Below are positions 56,178 through 64,000 of a DNA stretch of 64,000 bases, piece by piece; the first letter of the stretch is position 1; every line of letters begins with the position of its first letter. Origin of the DNA: an uncultured Spirochaetota bacterium (GTDB lineage Bacteria; Spirochaetota; Spirochaetia; SZUA-6; Fen-1364); NCBI GenBank assembly GCA_963845535.1, contig CAWJSK010000015.1, forward strand, positions 160,001 through 224,000, in the 5' to 3' direction. Below the pieces are notes generated by a model. That model searched no databases. It was not told the origin of the DNA and was given only the letters and a program-made list of their open reading frames with translations. The translations under genes were made by a program, and so were the position numbers.

Positions 56178-57161
56178 ATGCTGGAGAAAAGGAACCCGGC
56201 GAAAAAGCCGAAAGCGCCGGCGCGAAAGCGCGCCAGGAAGCCTGCGTCTCCTCGCGGGTTGAGCGCATCCGAGGTGACGGCGGGGACGTCGCCTCCTGAG
56301 ATCGACGCTCTGAGCCTGGCCGTTCGGCAAAGCGGCGGCGGAGTGGTGGGCGCTTATCGAGACCCGGTGGGCGGCCACTGGCAGCTCATGGCGAGCCTTC
56401 CCATCGAAAAGGTGGAGCCGACGCCTTTCCAGCGCGACCTCTCGGATACGCACGTCAAAAGGCTTGGCGAGGTCGTCGGAAAGATGGGTCGGTTTCTCGA
56501 CCCCATTATCGCGGTGCGAACGGCCCAGGGGACGTTCTGGACTCCCAACGGCAACCACCGGCTCGCAGCCATGAAGCTGCTCGGGGCCCGGTCCATCCTG
56601 GCGGTCGTTGTGCCTGAGCTTTCCGTGGCGTATCAGATCCTCGCCATGAACACGGAGAAGGGCCATAACCTCAGGGAGAAAGCGCTCGAGGTGATGCGCA
56701 TGGCGCAATCACTTGCCGAGCTGGCGCCGCGCGCGGAAAAAGACTACGCCTTCGAGTTCGAGGAGCCCGCCTACCTCACGCTCGGGCTGGCGTACGAGAA
56801 GCGCGGGAGGCTGAGCGGGGGCGCCTACCATCCGGTTCTCCGACGTGTGGAGGCCTTCCTGGATCTGCCGCTGTCCGAGGCCCTTCAGACCCGGGGCCAG
56901 AGGGCGGACAAGCTCATCGACCTGGACGACAAGGTGGCAAGCGCCGTTTCCGCGCTCAAGGAACGCGGCTTCACGAGCCCCTACCTCAAGGCCTTCGTCG
57001 TGGCGCGCCTCAATCCGTTGCGGTTCCGGCGCGGCGCGACGATGGACGCCGAGGAAGCCCTCGACGCCATGATCACGGCGGCGGAGCGCTTCGACGCGGG
57101 TAAGGTTCGAATCACCGATCTTGCAAGTGCTCCCCCCGGCCCCTCGGAGGAGCAGGGCTGA
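56178..57161 (+). CDS. ParB/Srx N-terminal domain protein
   Basis: VEPTPFQRD, FLDPII, PNGNHRLAA, MNTEK. Confidence 0.8.
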   Translation: MLEKRNPAKKPKAPARKRARKPASPRGLSASEVTAGTSPPEIDALSLAVRQSGGGVVGAYRDPVGGHWQLMASLPIEKVEPTPFQRDLSDTHVKRLGEVVGKMGRFLDPIIAVRTAQGTFWTPNGNHRLAAMKLLGARSILAVVVPELSVAYQILAMNTEKGHNLREKALEVMRMAQSLAELAPRAEKDYAFEFEEPAYLTLGLAYEKRGRLSGGAYHPVLRRVEAFLDLPLSEALQTRGQRADKLIDLDDKVASAVSALKERGFTSPYLKAFVVARLNPLRFRRGATMDAEEALDAMITAAERFDAGKVRITDLASAPPGPSEEQG

Positions 57162-57179
57162 AGGCGGGCACGGAAAGAC

Positions 57180-57746
57180 ATGTTGATCCAGACGGCAGGG
57201 GCCTTCATTCTCATTGGTTGCTTTTTCTTTGTCGAAGCAATTTTCCGGACCAAGGGGACGGCCAAGAGCATGAAAAGGGGCCGCTCCGACCGGGGAAGCA
57301 CCGTTGCCCTCGGGGCATCATACGCCGTCGCCGTGGTCCTCCTCGTGATCCTGGCCGTCATGCGGGTCGGGAATCTCTCCTCACCGTTCGCCGGCTGGGC
57401 AGGGCTTCTGGTCATGCTTTTGGGCCTCGGAGTGCGCGCGTGGTCCATGCGCGTCCTGGGCGCTTCCTACTCGAGAACCCTCAAGGTCTCCGGCGCGCAG
57501 GACATTGTTGATGGCGGACCTTACCGCTTCATCAGGCATCCCGGATACCTCGGGAGCATCCTGGTCTGGGTCGGCTCGGGCCTCGCTCTTGCCAACTGGA
57601 TTGCTCTGTGCGTGGTCGGCGGGATGATGATCTGCGTGTACGCGTATCGAATCCACGCGGAAGAGGCAATGCTCGTTGCCGCTTTTGGGGAGAAATACCG
57701 GGAATACGCAAAGCGAAGTTGGAGGCTTGTTCCTTTCCTCTACTGA
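57180..57746 (+). CDS. Isoprenylcysteine carboxyl methyltransferase-family membrane protein
   Basis: GPYRFIRHPGYLG, RIHAEEAML..FGEKYREY, RLVPF. Confidence 0.88.
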   Translation: MLIQTAGAFILIGCFFFVEAIFRTKGTAKSMKRGRSDRGSTVALGASYAVAVVLLVILAVMRVGNLSSPFAGWAGLLVMLLGLGVRAWSMRVLGASYSRTLKVSGAQDIVDGGPYRFIRHPGYLGSILVWVGSGLALANWIALCVVGGMMICVYAYRIHAEEAMLVAAFGEKYREYAKRSWRLVPFLY

Positions 57747-58525
57747 GACGGGCCGTTTGCCCGCCGCGCGGCCGCGCCGCTCACTTGAAGCCGCACAAGG
57801 TCGTCCACGGTGACCTCGTCCCGGCTGAAGCTCGCGGCCACGGCGCCCCGCGCCATGACGAGGAAGCGGTCAGCCACCGCGTATACGTCATGCAGGTTAT
57901 GCGTGACGAAGACGCACGAGATGTGGTCTTCCTTGAGCCTTCGGATGAAGCCGAGGACCGTCTGCACTCCCGTCACCGCAAGCGCCGTGGTCGGCTCATC
58001 CAGAATCACGAGGGAGGCTTTGAAGCGCATGGCGCGAGAGATCGCCACCCCCTGCATTTCCCCGCCGGAGCAAAACCGGGCTTCCTGGTCCACCGAAGAG
58101 ATGTGCAGCTTGAGAGCCTGGAGGAGGTCCTCAGCCTCCCTGGCCATCCGCGCGCGGTCCAGCACGCGAAAAGGCCCGATCCCGCGCGTCGGTTCCCTGC
58201 CGAGGAAGATGTTGCGCGCGACGCTCATGTTCCCAACCACGGCCCTGTCCTGGTGAACGGTTTCAATCCCGAGGGCTTGAGCCTCCCGCACTGAGCGGAC
58301 ACTGACCTGTTTCCCTTTCCAGAAAATGCCGCCGCTGTCCCGGGGAATCACCCCGGAAATGATCTTGATGAGCGTCGATTTTCCCGCGCCGTTGTCTCCG
58401 ATGAGGCCTACGATTTCGCTCTGGTTGATTTCCAGCGACACGCCGCGAAGCGCGTGCACCTCCCCATACCATTTTTGCACCGCTCGGAGCTCAAGGAGAG
58501 GCCCCTGGGAATCCTGACCCATCAT
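57740..58525 (-). CDS. Monosaccharide ABC ATPase (single domain)
   Basis: GDNGAGKSTLIK, GIETVHQD, NIFLGRE, LDEPTTAL. Confidence 0.92.
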   Translation of the reverse strand: MMGQDSQGPLLELRAVQKWYGEVHALRGVSLEINQSEIVGLIGDNGAGKSTLIKIISGVIPRDSGGIFWKGKQVSVRSVREAQALGIETVHQDRAVVGNMSVARNIFLGREPTRGIGPFRVLDRARMAREAEDLLQALKLHISSVDQEARFCSGGEMQGVAISRAMRFKASLVILDEPTTALAVTGVQTVLGFIRRLKEDHISCVFVTHNLHDVYAVADRFLVMARGAVAASFSRDEVTVDDLVRLQVSGAAARRANGPSQ

Positions 58526-59535
58526 GTCGCAGACTCCGGCGCGTAGCCTTTGGGGATGAGAATCCTGTCACGCAGCTCCACCCGGTACTTGTTGATCAGG
58601 ATTGCCCCCAGGAGGATCAGTCCGTTCAGGAAACCCCGCACGGCGGGATTTATGAGCGTCATGGCCGTGCCCGTGTCGATGATCCCGAGGAGGAGCACGC
58701 CTCCGAGGGCGCCCGTCATGGTTCCTTCGCCGCCTTTCAGGCTGACCCCTCCAATGATGGCTCCGGCGAAGGCGAGGAAAATGTCATCACCGCCGGCGAT
58801 CGTGCTCGGGATGGATTTCAAGTAGCCGATGTACAGGAGGCCGGAAAGGCCGGCAAGGGCGCCGGCAATCGTGAACACCCAGAAGTTCATCCACGGGAGG
58901 CTGATGCCCAGCGTCTTGGCGGCCTCGGAATTGCCGCCCATGGCGTGCACGTACCCGCCGAAGCGCGTGCGCGTGAGGATGAACCCGAGGCAGAGGCAGA
59001 CCGCGAGCATGACGAAGATCGCGAAGAAGATCCCGAGGACCTGACCGCCGCCGAGGAACACGAGGGCAGAGGAGACATTGGATATGGCCCCGCGATTGAT
59101 TGCAAACGTGAGCCAGTTGTACATGAGGAACGTCGAAAGAGTCACCAGGAAGGGGTTGATCCCGACTTTGCCCACGAAAAACCCGTTCACGGAGCCCAGG
59201 AGGGCCCCGATGAGCACAACGAGGATCACGCCCGACCACCCCGGGAGAAAGGGAAGCCACTGGACGGTCAACGCTCCCGTGAGCATGGAGGACAGCCCGG
59301 CAATGTGCGCTATGGACAGGTCCATGCTGCCGCTGATGAGAACGAAGGACTCGGCGAACACGAGCAGCCCTATGGCGGAAGCGACATACAGGATGAAGTG
59401 CAGGTTCTCCACGGTGAAGAAGTTGGGAAGCAGGAGAGAGAACACGAGGAAGACGAACACAAGAATCGCCCAGATGAGGTTCCTGACGAGGAAGAGCTGG
59501 AAAGCTTGCAGAGCGCCGCGACGAACGTTTGTCAT
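58522..59535 (-). CDS. Monosaccharide ABC permease (RbsC-like)
   Basis: SGSMDLS, INPFLVTL, TRFG...A.GGN.EAA, IIGGVSL.GG.G. Confidence 0.9.
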   Translation of the reverse strand: MTNVRRGALQAFQLFLVRNLIWAILVFVFLVFSLLLPNFFTVENLHFILYVASAIGLLVFAESFVLISGSMDLSIAHIAGLSSMLTGALTVQWLPFLPGWSGVILVVLIGALLGSVNGFFVGKVGINPFLVTLSTFLMYNWLTFAINRGAISNVSSALVFLGGGQVLGIFFAIFVMLAVCLCLGFILTRTRFGGYVHAMGGNSEAAKTLGISLPWMNFWVFTIAGALAGLSGLLYIGYLKSIPSTIAGGDDIFLAFAGAIIGGVSLKGGEGTMTGALGGVLLLGIIDTGTAMTLINPAVRGFLNGLILLGAILINKYRVELRDRILIPKGYAPESAT

Positions 59536-59617
59536 CGACTCCCCCCTTGAAAGCGCCCGAGCGGCCGCTCTCGGGAGCGCTGCTCCACGAGGCAACCGCC
59601 CAAGCGCGCCTCACATA

Positions 59618-60733
59618 TCAGGCTTTGCCCGGCAGCTTGACGTTTGCCCAGAGGTAGGGCGCGTCAGCGTTATCCTTCGTCACGAGGATTGCCCCTGTCT
59701 GGAACCAGAGGTGTCCCGCAAGACCTTTGACGACCTTCGCGGGAGCCCACGCGGAGTTGTCAGCCCAGATATCCGTGCCGGAGTGCTTGACGCCGGTGGA
59801 GAGTTTCAGGTCCGAAGCGGTGATCGTGTCACCCACCTTGGGCAGCGCAGCATCCCCTTTCTGGAGATAGGCGACCAGGTAGTGAGCGGCAATGGCCGTG
59901 TAGAACGCGGGCGCCTGGTCCAAGGCCACCTTGATGTCACCGTTCTTGATGAGCGGAAGGACGCTCGGAGTCGCGTCGATGGTGACCGTGTAGACTTTCG
60001 TAGGGTCGATGGCGAGGTCCTTCATTGCCTCCACCGCGCCGGTGGCCATTGGCCCGTTGGCGGAGTAGCAGGCGTCGATGCGCGGATGGGCGCGCAGCAC
60101 GTTGTCCGCCGCCGTCTTTGCCGGGGCCTCCTGGAAGTCTCCGACCGCCTGGATGACCTTCACGCCCTTGTACTGGTCGATCACGTCATGGAAGCCCTTG
60201 CTGCGGTCGATGGACGACGCGCCGCCCAGGGGACCGAGCATCTCCAGGACCGTGCCGCGGACCTGGCCGTGGTATTTGGTCTTGAGGTAGTCGACCATGC
60301 GCTGGGCCAGCTCCGAACCGGCCCTTTCACCGGAGAACCCGACGTACATTTTGACGTTTGGCGAATCAATGTCCGCGTCAGCCGTGAAGACGGGAATCTT
60401 GGCGGCCGTGGCGAAATCCACGATCGGCTTGGCCGCTTCCTTGTCCTGGGCTGATACGATCAGCCCCTTGACGCCGGAGTTGATCATCTGGCGGCACTGG
60501 GTGATCTGGGCGGCCGGGTCCCCTCCCGCCTCATTGGTGATCCATTTCCAGTGGTTGTCCTGGCTGTACCACTCGAAGCTGTCCTGGAAATAGGACTCCC
60601 AAGCATTGGTGACGGTCTTCGTATCAAGACCCAGGAAGTAGGGAGACGGCTTCAGCCGCTCCACAACGCCGCTGGCAAAAACAACCGAGCCTGCGGCGAG
60701 CATGACGCAGAGAATGACGATGAATCTTTTCAT
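59618..60733 (-). CDS. Monosaccharide ABC substrate-binding protein (RbsB-like)
   Basis: Signal peptide, IPVFTAD, DRSKGF, ANGPMATGA, TID; GAGGAGG RBS. Confidence 0.88.
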   Translation of the reverse strand: MKRFIVILCVMLAAGSVVFASGVVERLKPSPYFLGLDTKTVTNAWESYFQDSFEWYSQDNHWKWITNEAGGDPAAQITQCRQMINSGVKGLIVSAQDKEAAKPIVDFATAAKIPVFTADADIDSPNVKMYVGFSGERAGSELAQRMVDYLKTKYHGQVRGTVLEMLGPLGGASSIDRSKGFHDVIDQYKGVKVIQAVGDFQEAPAKTAADNVLRAHPRIDACYSANGPMATGAVEAMKDLAIDPTKVYTVTIDATPSVLPLIKNGDIKVALDQAPAFYTAIAAHYLVAYLQKGDAALPKVGDTITASDLKLSTGVKHSGTDIWADNSAWAPAKVVKGLAGHLWFQTGAILVTKDNADAPYLWANVKLPGKA

Positions 60734-60916
60734 AGAACCTCCTCAGGCCATGGAAAGTTGTGATGCACCCCGTCGAGGGGGTGCGCGTTCTGACAGTTGA
60801 ATCGAATCGCCATAAACGACTCACCGACCGGTATCCAGTCCGAACATAGAAATGGCATGTTCAGGATCGATTGCGGCCACGTTAAATTCTCTTAAAATGC
60901 TTTGAAGCATGACGCG

Positions 60917-61936
60917 CTAGGCGGCCGCGCCGGACGGTCGAAAGAGGAATCGCATGATCCGATCCCGTTCGCTCTCCGTCGGAGACTCGAACTTCACGTG
61001 GATGATCGTGCGGTCTTCCGAGACCCGAATCACGCGGGCGGCAAGCGCGAGCTTTTCGATCCGGGGAGAGAAGGTAATCTCCAGTAGATCGCCCTCGCGA
61101 ATTGATTCGAGAGGGTTTTCGAGGCTGGCTCCTCCTGCCCCCAGGTCCAGGAGCGCGGATTCCCTGCCAGGCGCGTTCCTCGAAGCCGCTTTGACAATGA
61201 CGGGAAATCGCTCTTTGCGCCGGTAGAATCTCCGGCGCTGCAACCGCGAGATGGAAGAAGAGTGCTCGAGATGCAGGATGTCTCGTGATCTCTCTCTGAC
61301 CCATGTGGAAAAGGAGTAGACGCCGGCGGCATTGAAAAAGGAGGCTGTCACTCCAGCGCCTTTTCCGAACGGTGGGCCAGCCTTCGGATCGAGCCGCACG
61401 ACAAGGGAGGACGGCCCCTGGGCAATTACCGTGGCACGCAGCCGCCTCACCGCTTTCCCCTGGAGCAGGATGGGCAGGCCTTCGGGAAGCTCCGCGCTGG
61501 AGGCCGGCGCTTCCTCGAGCCGCGCCGGCCGAAAGCCGATCTTCATCCGCAGCGCGTTCAGCTCGACCTCGGCGGCAATTCCGGCCTGAAGGGCTTTCCG
61601 CGCGCTGGAATCAAAAAGATGGCGGCTCTGCATCAACGCGTATTCCTTCGAGTCGGCTTCCCGTCCTTTTCCCTCCAGCAACCCCGCAAGGCTTTCCAGG
61701 AGCGCGTTCTCCCTCTGGCTGAGATCAAGGTTCGCCAGCAGGCGTTGGAGACGCTCACGCGTTGCCCTCATTGCCTCACGGACCGCTCGTTTCTGCGTGG
61801 CCAGATACGCCGCGAAAGCGACAACGAGTCCGAGGAGAAAAAGGAAGAGCAAGAGCATGTCGAGCCGCGTCTGCACGAAGCCCTGGGCCACGGCCGTGAG
61901 GAACTGCCTGATTTCCAATTGATTGCCGTACACCAT
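60917..61936 (-). CDS. Membrane-anchored PilZ-domain protein (YcgR-like)
   Basis: N-terminal TM helix; QRRRFYR and DLGAGG PilZ motifs. Confidence 0.8.
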   Translation of the reverse strand: MVYGNQLEIRQFLTAVAQGFVQTRLDMLLLFLFLLGLVVAFAAYLATQKRAVREAMRATRERLQRLLANLDLSQRENALLESLAGLLEGKGREADSKEYALMQSRHLFDSSARKALQAGIAAEVELNALRMKIGFRPARLEEAPASSAELPEGLPILLQGKAVRRLRATVIAQGPSSLVVRLDPKAGPPFGKGAGVTASFFNAAGVYSFSTWVRERSRDILHLEHSSSISRLQRRRFYRRKERFPVIVKAASRNAPGRESALLDLGAGGASLENPLESIREGDLLEITFSPRIEKLALAARVIRVSEDRTIIHVKFESPTESERDRIMRFLFRPSGAAA

Positions 61937-62019
61937 AGGAACCTGCGCGGATTCACCGCCGATCCGCCGCGGCCCGAGCCGCGGTCAAAACCGCGGTCTC
62001 GGAACCATGGTGAGTGTTT

Positions 62020-62796
62020 CTACGCTCGCTGAGCCAACGAGGCGACGCTTCGCAGCTCCTGGAGCTCCTTTGTCCCTTTCAGGCTGGGATTCGCGGCGGC
62101 GTAGTCATAGGCGGTTTTCCCGTCCTTGGACGTGAGCTTCCCGATTGCGCCTGCCTGAAGAAGGAGGGAGACAGCCTGGGGATGTTGATCATCCAGGGCG
62201 GCCCACATCAGGGGGGTCATCCCGTTGTTGTCCCGGTCCGCGACCTTTGCTCCGGCCCGCGCGAGCTCGGAGATGATTGCGGGGTTCGGGTTGAGCGCGG
62301 CATACATCAGCGCAGTCATGCCTTTCCCGTCGCGCTCCTCGACCGTTGCCCCGGCTTTCAGGAGGACGGAAACAACGCTCGGGTTCTGATTGAAAGCGGC
62401 CGCGATCATCAAAGGGGTCACTCCGTTCCACTCTCTGGCGCCGACGTTTGCCCCCGCCTTCACGAGGGCGGAGATGACGCGTGGATTGCGGTTCATCGCT
62501 GCATACATGAGGGGCGTGACGTCGCCTCTGGCCAGGTCATTCGGCTTCGCCCCGGCCTTCAGAAGCACGGAGATGACGCCCGGGTTCTGATTGAATCCGG
62601 CCGCAATCATCAAAGGGGTTGCTCCATCCTTGTCGCGTGTCTCGATGCTCGCTCCGCCCTTGATGGCGGCTTGCACCCGGTGAGGGGATCCATTTTCCAT
62701 GAGCTGGGACAGGCTTACGCCGAATGATTGGGTCGCTCCTACAAGAGTTGCGCATACAACGATTGCTGGAATCAGCGCCCATCTGTAGTTGGTCAT
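62020..62796 (-). CDS. Secreted ankyrin-repeat protein
   Basis: Signal peptide; five G.TPLM.AA..N.NP.VI..L..AGA repeats; GGAGG RBS. Confidence 0.9.
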   Translation of the reverse strand: MTNYRWALIPAIVVCATLVGATQSFGVSLSQLMENGSPHRVQAAIKGGASIETRDKDGATPLMIAAGFNQNPGVISVLLKAGAKPNDLARGDVTPLMYAAMNRNPRVISALVKAGANVGAREWNGVTPLMIAAAFNQNPSVVSVLLKAGATVEERDGKGMTALMYAALNPNPAIISELARAGAKVADRDNNGMTPLMWAALDDQHPQAVSLLLQAGAIGKLTSKDGKTAYDYAAANPSLKGTKELQELRSVASLAQRA

Positions 62797-62957
62797 AGAA
62801 ACCTCCTGGATTCATCGGTGTCTCTCGGGTCACCGAAAATCCGTCAGCTTCAAAGGTATGGACGCATCTTTCAGATTCGATTTAGCCGACGTTAAGCTTT
62901 GTTAATACGATTGGAAATGATCAGCTGAGCTGCCTTGTTATTTCAACGAAATGACTG

Positions 62958-62985
62958 GTGCTGTCACCGAAGGCGGTGACAGCAC
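62958..62985. terminator. Perfect 12-bp hairpin after the YjfB-like gene
   Basis: GTGCTGTCACCG-aagg-CGGTGACAGCAC. Confidence 0.6.
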
Positions 62986-62995
62986 GCAGCTATCA

Positions 62996-63187
62996 TCAGG
63001 CAAGAACGTCGATATTCTTGCCCAGCGTGTCATTTTGAATCTGATTCATGGACTTGGGTTGAGCCGCGACTTTCCCCCTGTCGTCAGCGTCCCCGTCCTG
63101 CTCGAGCTCTCCCGGCGCTTCCCGCAGTGAGTGAGCGGCCGCCGCTGAAGCGGGCATCATCTGCGGGTATTGGTTGTCGATTCGCAT
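62996..63187 (-). CDS. Small protein with YjfB-like C-terminus
   Basis: Ends LGKNIDVLA; GAGG RBS. Confidence 0.55.
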   Translation of the reverse strand: MRIDNQYPQMMPASAAAAHSLREAPGELEQDGDADDRGKVAAQPKSMNQIQNDTLGKNIDVLA

Positions 63188-63253
63188 GCTTGCTACCTCT
63201 CTCTTCTATAGTCTATACAGGCGTTCCGGGGAGTCAAGGGAAAAGGCGGTCGC

Positions 63254-63433
63254 CTACGGGTCCCACCAATGGTGCTCCTCGGGAACCTTCTCCAGGGTAT
63301 CAAGCTTCAAGCGTTGCGTGCCGCCGAGTGAGAACGTACAAATAGCGTCGTCACCCTCTATCTTCTCAACGATCATGGACGAACCACCGCCCTTAAACCG
63401 TACGACGTCTCCAGCAGCGATTTGTTCTTCCAT
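63254..63433 (-). CDS. YodC/DUF2158 family small protein (59 aa, not in the ORF track)
   Basis: Manual translation MEEQIAAGDVVRFKGGGSSMIVEKIEGDDAICTFSLGGTQRLKLDTLEKVPEEHHWWDP*. Confidence 0.72.
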   Translation of the reverse strand: MEEQIAAGDVVRFKGGGSSMIVEKIEGDDAICTFSLGGTQRLKLDTLEKVPEEHHWWDP

Positions 63434-63543
63434 GATTCTCTATACCTGTTCCGGAGGCAATAATACGCCAATCTCAGAGTCTTTGATACTCCGATATTGA
63501 GAAATGTGGCCATGAGCCGACAATGGAATGAGGGCAAAGCCGC

Positions 63544-63849
63544 TTGTTGCGCCAGGAAACGATTTCCGATCTCGAAACTCGCCTTGTGGTGAGCGGACCG
63601 CTCTATGGCGAGGCTGGTTTGGAGTTCGAACAGAAGATTGAGGCCCTCCGTGAAAGCAGCTACGTCACAATCACGCTTGACCTCTCGATGGCGGTCGGGA
63701 TCACCTCATCCGCCATCGCCAAGCTGATATCCGTCCATAGACACCTGCTTGCTCACGGCAGGTCCTTCAAGATCAACGGTTGCAGCGAGGCACTCTACAG
63801 CATTTTCCAGAAGATCAAGCTTGACACCCTGATCCAGATCATACGGTGA
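63544..63849 (+). CDS. STAS-domain anti-sigma factor antagonist
   Basis: LDLS...ITSSAIAKL, I.GCSE.LYSIFQ.IKLD. Confidence 0.8.
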   Translation: MLRQETISDLETRLVVSGPLYGEAGLEFEQKIEALRESSYVTITLDLSMAVGITSSAIAKLISVHRHLLAHGRSFKINGCSEALYSIFQKIKLDTLIQIIR

Positions 63850-63894
63850 GCGCACACGCGTCGGACTGCCCGGGGGGGCCGCAAAGGCGCTCCG

Positions 63895-64000
63895 TCAGTA
63901 CTCCTTCGATTCAGAGCCTTGCGCGAACACGGGCTTCAGGACGATGTCCAGATCGCGCTCTTGTTGAAGCCGTGCAAGCTCTTCTTTCAAACCGCTGACG
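63895..64000 (-). CDS. 3' end of an unidentified gene running off the window
   Basis: Open frame ...VSGLKEELARLQQERDLDIVLKPVFAQGSESKEY*. Confidence 0.4.
   Translation of the reverse strand, partial: VSGLKEELARLQQERDLDIVLKPVFAQGSESKEY

Noticed and set aside
60842..60862. GAACAT-N9-ATGTTC inverted repeat upstream of the sugar-binding gene
   Set aside because: Only 6-bp arms, a single occurrence and no adjacent regulator; could be chance.
1..64000. tRNA, rRNA, IS elements, integrases, prophage or defence systems
   Set aside because: None recognised by eye; tRNAscan, Rfam and DefenseFinder runs would be needed to exclude them formally.

Overview
GC-rich bacterial chromosome segment, probably a free-living spirochaete (inference from the AGG-type sugar-binding lipoprotein, the HDOD, PilZ and YjfB-like genes, and two hypotheticals resembling spirochaete families). 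I found no rRNA, tRNA, CRISPR array, transposase or phage genes. Contents in order: a stressosome operon (rsbR, rsbS, an RsbT-RsbX fusion, an OmpR-type regulator); a carbohydrate locus (GH27, two-component system, sugar ABC transporter, Gpr, GH38-like); a C-P lyase cluster (phnGHIJKLM, phnDCEE) without phnN/phnP/phnF; a NitT/TauT ABC transporter; a CheB-CheR/HisKA_3/NarL module; a truncated RND gene; a GH5-like/CBM protein; several signalling genes; and a second sugar ABC transporter. Two main observations. (1) The stressosome operon has a regulator but no kinase. About 46 kb away, an RsbU_N-type histidine kinase sits beside a ~89% identical copy of that regulator, behind an upstream region homologous to the one before rsbR. 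This looks like a stressosome-to-two-component pathway split by duplication and reciprocal gene loss. (2) The phn operon carries a 2H phosphoesterase and an inositol-monophosphatase-family enzyme, a candidate replacement for PhnP/PhnN, with 11-bp-periodic Pho-box-like repeats before phnG and phnD. Several single-base frameshifts suggest indel errors in the assembly, so fusion and pseudogene calls need read-level checks. All family calls come from motif recognition by eye; no searches were run.
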